DNA from: Podarcis bocagei
Taxonomy: Eukaryota
DNA: 64,000 bases
Assembly (NCBI GenBank): GCA_964188305.1
Contig: OZ076889.1
Reading direction: 5' to 3' (one strand)
The notes under the pieces were generated by a model. That model saw only the letters and a program-made list of their open reading frames with translations. It made no database searches and was not told the origin of the DNA. This document shows, piece after piece, positions 13,676-26,099 of this stretch. Position numbers and translations under genes: made by a program. Position 1 is the stretch's first letter. Every line of letters starts with the position of its first letter.

Positions 13676-14020
13676 AAAAGGTAAAGGACCCCTGGACGGT
13701 TAAGACCAGTCAAAGGCGACTATGGGGCGGCACTCATCTTGCTTTTCAGGCCGAGGGAGCTGGCGTTTGTCCACAGACAGCTTTCTGGGTCATGTGGCCA
13801 GCATGAGTAAACCGCTTATGGTGCAACGGGACACCATGATGAAAGCCAGAGTGCACAGAAATGCCATTTACCTTCCCACCACAGCAGTACCTATTTATCT
13901 ACTTGCAATGGTGTGCTTTTCAACTGCTAGGTTGGCAGGAACTGGGACAGAGCAATGGGAGCTCACTCCATCACGTGGATTCGACCTTCCGACTTTAGAC
14001 CACAGCTCCACCCACTCCCT
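13676..14020 (-). mobile_element. Sauria SINE (internally deleted)
   Basis: (ACCTTT) tail seen as aaaggtaaagg on +. Typical core: gtcatgtggccagcatgac, tttaccttccc...gtacctatttatctact. Head GGGAGTGGGTGGAGCTGTGGTCTAAA on -. Confidence 0.9.
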
Positions 14021-14057
14021 GAAAGCAGTAATGTATGTTCAGCCTCCCCTTCTCTGA

Positions 14058-14193
14058 GGCTCAATCAGTATAGCATGAGACTCTTAATCTCAGGGTGATG
14101 GGTTCGAACCCCATGTTGGGCAAAAGATTCCTGCACTGCAGGGGGTTGGACTAGATGACCCTCCTGGACCCTTCCAACTCTACAATTCTATGA
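14058..14193 (+). mobile_element. tRNA-Lys(CTT)-derived SINE with CR1 3' tail (POM-SINE/Squam2-like)
   Basis: Head GCTCAATCAGTATAGCATGAGACTCTTAATCTCAGGGTGATGGGTTCGAACCCCATGTTGGGC resembles tRNA-Lys. Tail gattcctgca..gcagggggttggactagatgacc...ccttccaactctacaattcta is shared with the CR1 at 40.7 kb. Confidence 0.85.
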
Positions 14194-15039
14194 CTTGTAT
14201 TCAAACTGTAAGCTTCAGGAGGTCAGGAAACTCTCTCTTTTTGTAAAGCTCTGCAAGTCACCCTACAGTGATGGTATAGTACAAATAAATAGTGCTGAGA
14301 CAAGTTTAAATGACACACCTGACAACACATTTACACTACGCATTGTGGTGTCATGGTGGTCACAAGAACTGTTGTATGTGAAACAAAAATTTCAGCTAAC
14401 ATCACATTTTCTTAATGCTAATAAACTCAAAGAAGAGAATACATGTCCATTTAGGGCAGGATTCCTCTAACCAGCTCAACCAGCGGAAGCCCATTGCAAG
14501 AGCTTCTGCTTTTTCTTCTAGTTTTGCCACACAACCAGATTACACATCTTACACTAACTGGAAATAAATGAAAGATTACAAAAAATAAAAGAATAAACTT
14601 ACACGCATTTTGATTCTAAATGATTTCTAATGACTTCAGAAAATAATTTTCAAAATATCAGCGCAATACGTTATCACCAACAAAACCAAAATAAATTTTT
14701 GGGGGAAAATATTTAAAAATCCAGCCACAAAGTATGCTGTAATACTGCACCACAGATCTGATCAACCCACTTCAACATGCATAAAAGAAAGTAAAAAAAA
14801 GGTAAAATCAACCAAAATTATTTGGGATTCATAATGCCTTGCAAATGCAGTTAGAACTAGAAACAGCCCAATACGTTTTGGTGATAGGGGCAGGGAATCC
14901 AAATCCCTTCCAAAATATAAAGTTATTAACTATGGTGTTACCATCTGAGGTGACCCACCTCAGTTTAGGATAGTCCTGATCAGAACTTTAAATAAGCTTA
15001 ACATTTCGGCCTTACTATTTTATCTTATCTTAGGCCATA

Positions 15040-15763
15040 CAACCCACCTGTCTTTTGTGCTATAGAATCTAAAGACAGTTTGGAAACTTCAGCTGGAGCA
15101 GAATTCAGTGGTCAGGTTGCCCATCGGGGCAAGTCAGTTTGAGCATATAATGCCAACCCTGAGCCAACTTCCCTGCCTGTTAGTTTTGGGGCCCTATTCA
15201 AAATGCTGGTTTTGATCCACAAAGCCTTAAATGGCTGAGGAGCACAGTAGCTCAAGGATTGTCTCTGTCCATTTGAGCCTACCTGGACCCTGTGATCATC
15301 ATCTGAGGCCCTTCTTTGTGTGCCTTCTCCATGAGAGGTCTGGAGGGTGAGAACAGGCCTTTTCTGCAGTGGCTCCCTGTTTGTGGCTTACGACCACAAC
15401 ATGGTTCAACCTCAAGGAGCAGCTCTCCGCATATGAATTGACCCGGACCCTGTGATCATCATAGGAGGCCTTTCTTCATATGCCTTCTCCGCAAGAGGTC
15501 CAGAGAGCGGCCACACTAGAATAGGCCTTTTCTGTGGTGGCTCCGTTTGTGGAATGTTCTCCCCAGGGAGGCTCGCCTGGCCCCTTCGTTACATATCTTT
15601 AGGCACTAGGAAAACACAATTCCTCTTCTTCTAGGCCTTCAGCTAATTAAATAATCTATAATCTATATACTGTTTTTCTTTGTTACTAGGTTGTGCATTT
15701 TTGCATTGTAAACCGCCCTGTAATCCTTGGATAAATTTAATTAAAAACAACAACAATAATACA

Positions 15764-15808
<45 letters not shown>
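15040..15808 (+). mobile_element. L2 LINE 3' fragment(s) ending in an (AAT)n tail
   Basis: Typical L2 3' ORF2 remnant (aaacttcagctgg..cagaat, caaaatgctggttttga...aaagccttaaatggc) and ttgtaaaccgccctg end. (AAT)n at 15765-15808. Confidence 0.75.
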
Positions 15809-18800
15809 GAATGAAAACACAGTTTGTGTACGAGATGGAAAGCAGTAAGAACGTGCATTTCATTTAACTGGTAGACTCATGAATCAAAGGCTGTCTATTG
15901 GAACTGAACATATTGCAGAGTTTAGGGAGCTAAAGCATTAGATAGAAGTAGATTATGTGTGCTCAGTGGATAATCCTGGTGCGAAACAGAATAGCATTAC
16001 CTGGATTCTAGAGCCTATGATGACCTTCTAGTCTCTGACATCAAATATCAAGACATAATATAAGCATTATGTAAATAGTAGTACTAAATCTTGTGATGAC
16101 TAGCCTCTCAAATTATATAAATTCAGTTTTAAGACATATATTTGCATGAAATTAAGACTTCATTTTAAAAGTGCACCTTGTTATAATTGAAACTTACTAT
16201 ATCTGATTTATTTTTTTAAATTACTTTTAAAACCATGTCTTTTTATACACCTTGAAATTCACAGACTAAATACAATAGGGATTATTAAGATAAAGAGTAT
16301 TCACTCTTCATTGTAAACTGCTTATTTACCATCAAGCGGTATATAAATTTTGTTAAATAAAAACTAGGGTGTCCCAGACCAGACTCAAGTTGCAACTGAC
16401 ATTTAAGGGTAGAGCGATCTAATGATACCAGGGATGTCCTGGAACTAATCCCTAAGCAGTTTGGTCAGGGAGAATGCAATGTTCCAGGCTGACAATGACC
16501 ATCACTATCCTAAATCTTACCCTTTTCATGGTAGCATCTGTATCTAATCACTGGGCTCAATTGACCATTAGAGGAAAGGGCATGCTCGTGTTCTCCACAA
16601 GTCATTAAATAAACAAAGGCAGAGTAGTGAAAAATGCCAATGTCTTGACCAGAAGCTCATGTAGCCCTGGGAAAAACACTCCTTTCAGCTTCAGTGAGTT
16701 TGATAGTTGATAGTTTTTCTCCTATTCAAAAGTAAAATACAAAAGGTCCCATAGCAATTGTCACATATAAAAATAAAGGTCATTTATGCATACAATTATG
16801 CAACTAGGGCACAAAACTGAAAAATGCTCAAAGGAATTTATGGCCATGGCATTTCCTTCAAAAATATGTAACACTACAAAAAATACTAGTCCTAGGTATT
16901 AAAATTAAGCTGAAATGAAGAAAAATAATTACATAGTACAGCAATTAACATGACCTTTGAACACAGGGGCATTATATTTTTGTCACAGAAGAGTAACCAT
17001 TTAACATATTTTCTTTCCCTAAAATGCAGCTTTTTCTCATCTAGGGAAACTGCTAACAGAAATAAGAGGAAACAATGAAATTTAAAGAAGTGGTGTCAAA
17101 CTGAAGACAAACACCAGGATTTTGCTCTCAAATTCTCATAGGAAAATTGGTAGTAGAATTCTTCACTTGAATTGACAATACTATATAGCCAGGCACAGTC
17201 TACAACTGAAAGGGATTTATTTCCAGATCACACACATAAGAGTTAGGAGACAGCAGTTTATGATTTGCAAAGCATAAAAAATTGTGACAATATCCACTGC
17301 AGTCTCCAGGTTTGCAGATAAATTAAACATCTGTATGGAAATGTTGCAGGCTATTTATGTATTAACATTCCACCCCTTCAGTGTTGCCAGAGGGTAATTA
17401 CACAATTAAACCTATGAAACTAAGCAATAAATTAAAAGTATTCCAATTCATTTTGAATGTGTATCCATTTGCAAGTGTTATGGCAAAGTATGACATTTAC
17501 AATAACACAAGCCTGATATTAAGAACCTATCATACTTCTAAGAACTAGACAGTTTATGATTAAGTGCTTGATCATTTACAGTGTTTTTATAAGCCACCTC
17601 GGAGCCTAAGCCAATGTAATGTTACCACCCCATGAAGGGAGCAGGAACAGATCATGGACTGAGAACGCCCAGCCCCAACTTTTAAGCACTCCATTTCACT
17701 ATAGCAGCCTTAATGGAAGTCATATTGGTGCAGACATTGGTTGCGGTGAGCACGATCTAGGGTTTGCTTTTGGCCAGGAATTGAAAGCCAGCTTCAAACC
17801 CGATTTCAAATTCCGGTATAAAATGAGCCCTGGTTTGTGCTAACCACGGATAATGGCAGTCCCAACATAGCTCGGTTATGGGTTAGGAAAGGAGAGCACG
17901 CTTCCTTTATCACACTTAAGGATCACAACTTTATAGCCATGACAACTCAGGAGCCTTGAAAGCTAGGAGACAGATTAGAACACTAGTTTGGTTGGCTGTT
18001 GAATGGAAATAGTAATAATTTTTCCTAAATTATGCTGGCCTTGGGCACCTGCACTTGAAAGGAGGGGATTGTTTATACACTGAAAGTTTGACTACCCTAC
18101 AAGTAGTCTGATAACATCTCCTTTTGTTTGGACCAGCGGTCTTCGGCATTTTCAATTTGAGAACCCTCATGCATTTGTGGGACCCATTTCTTAAGTATTT
18201 GCATTGTGGCTGCAATCCACCTTAGATCAGACTGTGACTCAATAGTGGGTCAGGGCCCATCAGTTGAAGACTACTGCAGTTGGGTGGATCTGATTTATAT
18301 AAAAGTCCCATCACTGTCAAAATCCAAGTACAGTATAAAGCACCAAATGGGTACACAAAACACAGCAGCACTTTGTTGTTACTATTTCATTTTGTGGAAG
18401 ACCAAAGTAAAAAAAAAAGTAACTGATAATAAATATATGGGAGAAAATAAGAGTAGCTTTTGTTGAACATGATGTGCTGAAAATTGTACCACATATAATT
18501 GTCTATGTTTATCCGAGCTTGTTCTCAATTCACCTAACAAATAATTGGTGAACATCTCCCTCATTTATAAAAGCAGCTCCTTTTGCATTTAGCCAGAAAA
18601 CAAAAAGGCATTCCGCTCTCAACTGTTTGTACACATGAAAATAATGCTGGATCTAAAATGAACCAATGAAAATAAAAACCAGGCATGGGAAAAAAATGGA
18701 CATTAGCAACGTAAGTTTACAAGTTGCTAAAAGTTTTGTTTCTCAAATTCAACTTCTGTTTCAGAAAATTTTAAATGTCAACTGAATTAGCATATGAATC

Positions 18801-18863
18801 TGTCAAGTCTGATGAGGAAAACGTATACAGACAGACTTGATTTTACATCTGTAACAAACATAC

Positions 18864-18986
18864 CTGTCCCAGTCAAAAGTCCAGCACTCTTCTTTCGTGC
18901 ATAAGCGCGCAAATGGTTGGACAGGCTAACAGCACTTGTAAACGCCGTATTGCAATGCACACACGTTCTAAGCTTCACAGGCATAC
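18864..18986 (-). CDS. ZNF644: ZNF644 123-nt in-frame (probable cassette) exon with an atypical zinc finger
   Basis: gatag|GT...ACAG|gtatgt. Symmetric phase 1-1, encoding GMPVKLRTCVHCNTAFTSAVSLSNHLRAYARKKSAGLLTGT. Confidence 0.9.
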
Positions 18987-20254
18987 CTATCATTCAAAAG
19001 AAAACTATAATCCAGTTCTCTCTTTAAAAGTGAAACTCTCAAAAGCGTTTTGGAAAATTCTGTATTAAAAGTTGCTTTTACGCAGGTTCACTACATCATC
19101 AACGTAATTATTTCATATACTAGAAAGAGCCTAGCTCATGGCGATTACTTCTGCATGTGACATTTAGCATGAAACATGCTATTTTGTACAAAAAAAATGG
19201 AAGGCATGATTTGAATTCCTAAGCTTCTTTGAATTATCACTTTCCTGCTTATCTTCACATTGCACAGATTATTTCCTAAACCCAAGATACAATTCTGCAA
19301 TTTGAATAGCACAGTTTTGTTAAGAAGTTTCAAGGCTTCTAATGTTCCCAATAAAGAGAATTATAAAGTCTAGTTGACAAAGTGGTAATTAAAGTGTTTT
19401 ACCCACAAGACTGTAAAAGGCTCAATACTAAATTAGGTTGCTGATGAAGGCTGGGAGGAAAAGGTGGTAAAACACACCACTGCACAGCTGTTAGACAAAA
19501 CATTTTATTTGGTGCATTTTATCTTCATTACTCTGAATGCGCAATCAATAATGAAAGTTAATGATTTGTAGTTTTTGCTAAAATCTTTGTGCTAAATAAA
19601 TGATCAACAAACATCGCAGGAAAGAACACACAGTCAAACCATACTACACTGTTTCAGACAAAGAAACCAATAAAAATGGTTTCTTCTCAACTTTACTTTC
19701 ATAGAGGCACAAAATTTTCACTGTCCTCAGAAATATATTGTCTTAGACAACACATTCAACAAATTGGGAAAAGGTTTTTCATTTATTTGAAAGCTTTTTT
19801 ATCAAAACAAGAATCCTGTCAGGTAATAATAAGAAGAAGAAGATTTATATGCCACCCATCTGGCTGGGTCGCCCCTGCCACTCTGGGCTGCTTCCAACAC
19901 ATGAAAAAACCAAAGTTTAGATTTACTGCAATATACACTAAAACTGGGTTTCATAATATACTTGAGAAAATATTTAAAAAAACAGACTTAAAATTATGAA
20001 AGTTTAAATAACTGAAGTAGGAGAGTGAGTTAATTGTCAAATGCTATGTTAACCACAATTAGCTTAAGGGCTCTATTCATGTAACTATTAGTATTATGCA
20101 AGCAGCTTTTTTTAGTGAAACCTAGAAGGCAGGCTACCTAACATTAAGTAGCACATTACTTCCAAATTTAACAAGCTGTAGTTGAACATCATCTTCCAAG
20201 TTTATGTGAAGCTTGTCCAAGAAATAAACTTTTTTGGGGAGCTCCGATCTTAAA

Positions 20255-20257
<3 letters not shown>

Positions 20258-20311
<54 letters not shown>
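20258..20311. repeat. Compound microsatellite (CT)n(AT)n
   Basis: Directly visible. Confidence 0.95.
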
Positions 20312-21469
20312 GTTAACTGATATTTTCAGTCCCCATGATCTATGACCATGGTCACCTAAGGCAAAATTTGGTGTGAAGACAGAGTGCCTAACCAGACAAA
20401 AGTAGAAGACAGAATTAGTGGCCTCATGTGCTGTACCTGTTGTAGTTAAGGAACTTCAGACTGCAGATAGATTCAAATATATGAATGCTTCCCCATGAAA
20501 AAACCCTCACTTATCCAGGGTTTTTATATGGCAATATTAACATTCAGTCCTTTACCTACAGTCCATAGCGGTACTACACAGCAACAGGTCGATCACATGG
20601 GTCTGCAAATCAAGTAATGCTCAGTGAACAAGACTTTTATCAACCACACTGTAATAATTTTAAGTACCAGCAAAACGATAAAAGGGTATAAGACAAGATC
20701 AAGCACTTTCATCGCAGAGCAGTTTACATAAATCGTTCACTCAAACTAGACTGAGAAAAGATAGCTGCAATAAGGTCTGTGCAGAGGTGTTGGAGGAGAT
20801 GAGCAGAGCTTTCCGGAGCCATGACAGCCAAGACTGAAAGACACCTTTCAGAAGAGCATTCTAAAACGATGCTAGAATAGGGGGGGAAGTAGTCTAAAGG
20901 AATAAAATTGTTGGCACGATTTCTAAGAGATGTATCTAAAACTTTTAAGGATTTTGTGTTGACGGCAACAGCTGTGTTCAGGGGGTATGGCCATCACAGT
21001 TACTCTGACAGGGTATAAAATCTAGGCATAGATCAGACAACACATCACCCGGTTAACCAGTAAGTCGTGCATTCACTTACACCAGATAAAAGAACAATCC
21101 TAACACTATGAACCGATTATATATCTGCAACACTTACAGTCTAAGAAAGATCAAGGGGCTCTCCCAGATGTGTCTGCTATTTAAGTGATACCATATTTTG
21201 CTAAGTAGACGTTCTTGTTTCCTCTTTATATGCATCTTCAAGAGCCATTACAGAGCAAAAGCTACTCTCTTTTCAGAACTCAATTTGTATGCAGAAAACT
21301 AAGGCAATTTTAACGTTAAAACTAATTTCATTAATATTTCTCTGTCTAGAACCTTGCAAAGGGGAAAAACAGTCTCAAAGAAAATAATTACTTTTAGAAT
21401 ATTGGGGTGGCGGGGGGATTTATCTTGTAATGTATTTCCAAGTTATTAAAATTGTAACAAGCCTCTTAC

Positions 21470-22072
21470 CTGACTGCATAGTCAAGTCCATTTTTTGTGG
21501 CTGATACATCAAAGGACTGTCTTCATCTAATGGAAGAACACATTTTTGAACAAACCTCTTTCTTGCAGTCTGATTATGGATCTTTTGAGGAGAGGTATCA
21601 GGGTTTCTTTCTTCTCCTAACCTCTTATTTTTCAAAAGTTCTATCAGTGTGACTGACTGGTTTCTTTTTTCATCATGTAGTACTGATTTTGCTTCATCAC
21701 ATTCATTGAGGAAACTCAGCCCTTCTTCCTCTGATGCAGATACAGATATATCTTCAGTCTTTAGGCCATTGCGGTATGCTTCAAGAGGTATAACATTTTG
21801 AGATAAAAACTCATTTGATGAAAGTTTCTGAGCGACAAACGGTCTGGGAATAATACGCCGACTGTTCAATGCCTTCAGGATTTTTTCATATTTTTCTTCA
21901 TTTTGCATCATCTCATTCAGAACACAGATTGGAGATTTGTGTGCATCCCATTTGGTTTTACCAAGCCTTTTCAGGTGTCCTCGAACATGATTAGATAATC
22001 CTATTTTAGTGTCAAACCAACCTCCACAGAGTTGGCATGTGTGTTCTGAAGAACTTTCTGATTTCTCAATAG
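21470..22072 (-). CDS. ZNF644: ZNF644 coding exon 4
   Basis: ctttttag|CT...TCAG|gtaaga. 603 nt encoding [33 protein letters not shown]...QKMDLTMQS. Confidence 0.97.
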
Positions 22073-22270
22073 CTAAAAAGAAAAATCATCCATTTATCAA
22101 TTTGTCAGACACTAAGGACCCAGCTTACTTAAAATGTAGACATTAAAAGTTTCTACCATGGATGGAAATAAAAGCTATTATGAGAGGCAGGATGCAGCAT
22201 AGCCAGACCTGCAACCACATTATTATATACCCCGCTCCCCCTAAATAGGATAAGGAAAGAAAAATCTTAC

Positions 22271-25244
22271 CTTTTCTAACGCGTTTAACAGGAGTTCCTG
22301 TTACAGTTCTTTTGAAATGCTGCATTTTGTCGCTTGTTGCTATCTGCTCAGGCGAGACAACATGACGGGCTTCATAACTTAACCCAGCTCTGTGAAGATG
22401 CCCACGGACATGATTAGACAATCCAACACCTGTTTCAAAAGTTGCTGGACAATATGGACAGTTTTTTTTCTCAAGCGATAAGTCAGTCCAATGGAAAACT
22501 GAGTTATGCTTTGGCAATGTTGTGCCTATGTTTTCTAAATTATGAGGATCTTGAAAATCATGCAGGTAATTGCTACCTTCGCCATCTTCATAATACTCAA
22601 AATAAAATCCGTCATTTTGCTCATATCTAAGAGAGGATTTACCACCAGTTTCTTCTTCCATTTTACCTTTAAATAAAGGGAACAGGTTTACATGCTCCTG
22701 ATTAATATCACTGTAAGAGTCATCCTCCACAGACCGTGTAGTGTAATCACACAGTTCAACATTATCCCATGAACTTTCATCCTCCGTTTCATAGCTGTCT
22801 TTTTTCCCAGCAAGTTTCTGCAAAACAACAACAGTCATTTTATGTAGAAAGTCTGGATAACTGTCCAAATCATCTCCTTTTACAGAGCCTTCACTTTTGG
22901 ATCTTTTAACCAACCTTTTTACAGTTACATGCTTATCTTTATAGACTCCTGGTCTTTTTGCATCATAGTTAAGAGAATCCATAATAAATCTATGAGAATT
23001 ATTTGAAGATAATAAAGGTAAGGACCTGACAGATCTTGCAGCTTCCCTTTTTAAGTGTAAAAGATAAGGGCTGCTAGATTTTTTAATCCTATTGTTTTCA
23101 TGTTTGTATCTATATAAATAATTATTGCTAGCTCTGACGCTAGTCTTTTGCTTTCCTGAATGATGCAAATACTTAGGTTTTTGGCCAGTGCTATTTCTAT
23201 TCAAAATAGGCTTGTCTGTAGAGCTATGACCATACACACTTACAGCTGACTGTGCAACGCTTTTCCGAGCCTTCTGTATCCTGGGGGGTCTCTTGTGAAG
23301 TTTTGCAAAGTTACTGGACTGGAATGCAGAGCCAAATGGTCTTTTTATATCTTGTTTTAAAACAGAGTTCTTTGGAAAGGCAGATGATTGTTTGATGAAA
23401 TGTTTAGTCCTGCTGCCAAAATCTAAAGGGTCTTCTATAATATGACCTTTTCTTTTTTCTAGTCTAAGTCGGCTACCAAAAGGGTCTATGCACGATGTTG
23501 GATGCAGGTATTCCATGTGTTTTTTCAAAATGCTTCTGGCTGATGTAGTGAATGGACACATTTTGCACATATAGTCAGCTGATTTTTTGGACGATTCCAT
23601 GAAGGAATCTTTCGCTAATGCCTTTTTCTGTGATTTTCTCTGAGCTATATCTGCAGTGATCATTGAACATTTCACCACTGCCCCATGAGCAATCCCTCGA
23701 TGACATTCAAGTTCACTCTCTGTCACTGCCATAAAGTTACATTCTTCACAGCAGTAGTACCTTTTGTCCTTCTCATGGGTTTTAGCATGCTGCACAAAGG
23801 TTTTGGGACAATTGGTACCAAATACACATTGTGGACACTGTAACCGTGCACTCCTACCCTCGTCCTGAAGCTCTTTCAATTCACGAATTTCCTCCATCAG
23901 TTTCTGTCTTCTTTCCTGGTGAATTATCATATGTTTAAGAAGGGAATTGCGGTCTCGAAAGGTCCGACCACATTCCCTACATGCATAAGGCCTTGGAACA
24001 TTTAAATGGCGAAAGTGGCTATTGCCATCCAAATGATACATCATGTGCCTGTGCAGGTGCTTCTTTTCCCTAAAATTCACATTGCACTTTGTACAGGGAT
24101 AAAATGAAGGCTCATCAGTACTGAAATTAGTTGGTGGTTCCAATTCATCTTGTTCACATTTGTTTAACAGAGTATTAGAAAGAAAAGTGCTAGTGTGAAT
24201 AGGAGAAGTACCACCTGCACATTTATTACTTGGGTTATAAATCAATTGTTGAATGGCATCTACAACTTCCAATTCCTCATCTGTTGATTCAGGCTTCACT
24301 TTTGCTAAAGAAAATTTATGAGATTCTATCACTTGTAGAGTCTCACTCTGCTCCAAAAACTCAGTATCTAACGATTCTGAATTGTCATGAGTATAATTTG
24401 ATTCATTAAAACAGTCCTCAGTGTAACGTGTGATTTTGCTAACATCCATCTTTCTTTTCCTCCTTTTTGGTACACCCACTTTAGGCTGGACTGGTGACTT
24501 CTCTACAGGTTCTTCATTTGTCATGAGAAATTCTATAAACTCTTTCTGTGGGTCCCAGTTTGCATCACTTTCAGTTCTGAAGTCACCTGTACCTGAGGAT
24601 GTGGCTGTTAGTGATTTGCTACCACCATCTTTTTCTAGCGAACTTTTGCTATCCTCACACATGTCTACTTGGCTTACTAAAGTGCTATCTGGTTTTATGC
24701 TTTTTCGTATAGATGGCTGTGTGTCACAAGCAACTGAAGCAGAGGGAGGTAGATTTTTTATGGAATGTGTCAGGTTCTTAGCATGAGCTGCTTCAGGTAA
24801 CAAAAACAAATGTTGGTGTGGACTTGAATTTTGGGTTGAAGTCTTTGTGGGAAGTTGGTGATCATGTGCCACCGTCCCAGCGGAGCAAGAATCTGCTTGA
24901 TGGCCCACAGTTTGTGCAGTGGTTAATGAAATGCTGCCTTTCTTCATAATGGAAGTGGAGTGTGAAACTGGTCCATTAACAGCAGTTCCTGTAGGCAGAA
25001 GAAAGTTTTCACTTGAAACAGTAGGAGCACTAGAGTGTATAAATAGAGACGTTTGGCCTCCGCTTAAGGCTTTTTCAGACTTGTCCCTTGATAGCTCTTC
25101 AGGCAGAGTTAACGTATTTTTCTGAAATGATGTTTCACTCTCTTGTGATTTGAGAATGCTGCTCTGCTTCTCAGAAATGAAGCTGCTGTCATCTAGCAGT
25201 CCTTTAGCACCAATGATCTGAGTATCGATCTCTGTTTCATCCAT
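22271..25244 (-). CDS. ZNF644: ZNF644 large exon 3, coding part (exon begins at 25280); multiple C2H2 fingers, NLS PKRRKRK
   Basis: [11 protein letters not shown]...[23 protein letters not shown]...[21 protein letters not shown]...VKRVRK matches ZNF644. Acceptor ttttattctag at 25281-2, donor AAAG|gtaaga at 22270-69. ATG is in strong Kozak context (AGTATGG). Confidence 0.97.
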
Positions 25245-26099
25245 ACTGATGGTCTGCTCTGCCCATTAAGCACATTTATGCTAGAATAAAAGAAAAGAAA
25301 TCCTTATTAGAAATTTTCTCTATGTATCTGAGACAGGCAGTTTTTATAATATATTCAAACATTTTTATGTTTAAATCTGGATCAGTTAAAAAGCATTTTC
25401 ATTACTAAGCTGACCATTCACTGTAAGACCACTAATATATAACACACACACTATTAATTAAAGAAGCTAATTTCAGGGGAAATTATGCCAAATTTAAAAA
25501 CCCACGTCTCTAGAGTCATGGAAAAGTTATAAATGTTACTTCTAATGAATACTGAAAAAGCAACAATTTTTACAAGTCTCCTAAAGGAAAGCAGAAAAAC
25601 ATATTAGGTTAGATCCAGACATACAGCAGACCTGCCAAACTACATTGTGACTTATGCCATAACAGTCTTTTAGCATGCCACAAAACTCTTGGTTATTACA
25701 AACTTGTATCATGGCCCCGTTGATTTCAATGGGTCTACTCTAAGTAAGCCTAAATTTTTATTCCCGCCACTAAATCAGAGACAGATCAAAGAAAACAGAA
25801 TTTCAACTTTTTTGTTTTTAGCCTGATAAAAACCAATTTCTCTATCATGTTTTAAGTATAAATATAGTTGAAATCTTTATGTGTATGGTTTAGTGTTTCA
25901 GTACACATCCAGCACCTACAGGCACGGACTGGATTTGCTGAGGACCTACATGTGAAGTCCAGTGTTTGGGGGTGAGGCTGAATATTCTGATTCTGTCCCT
26001 AATTTGATTTTTAAGTTAGGCTTTTTCATGATTCCAAACCTGCCCCCAACTGAAAACAAGAGACAAGCTGCCTGAACTTTTAATTTTGGCTGTTCCTTA

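Noticed and set aside
14058-14121. tRNA-Lys gene
   Set aside because: Acceptor stem is missing or degenerate and it is followed directly by a CR1 tail, so it is a SINE head.
22143-22270. C-terminal hydrophobic tail of the 1033-aa ORF (possible TM segment)
   Set aside because: Intron read-through past the canonical donor at 22270. The same applies to the tails of ORFs 21420-21911 and 18787-18993.
24430-25125. Plus-strand ORFs opposite exon 3
   Set aside because: Antisense shadows of a long coding exon.
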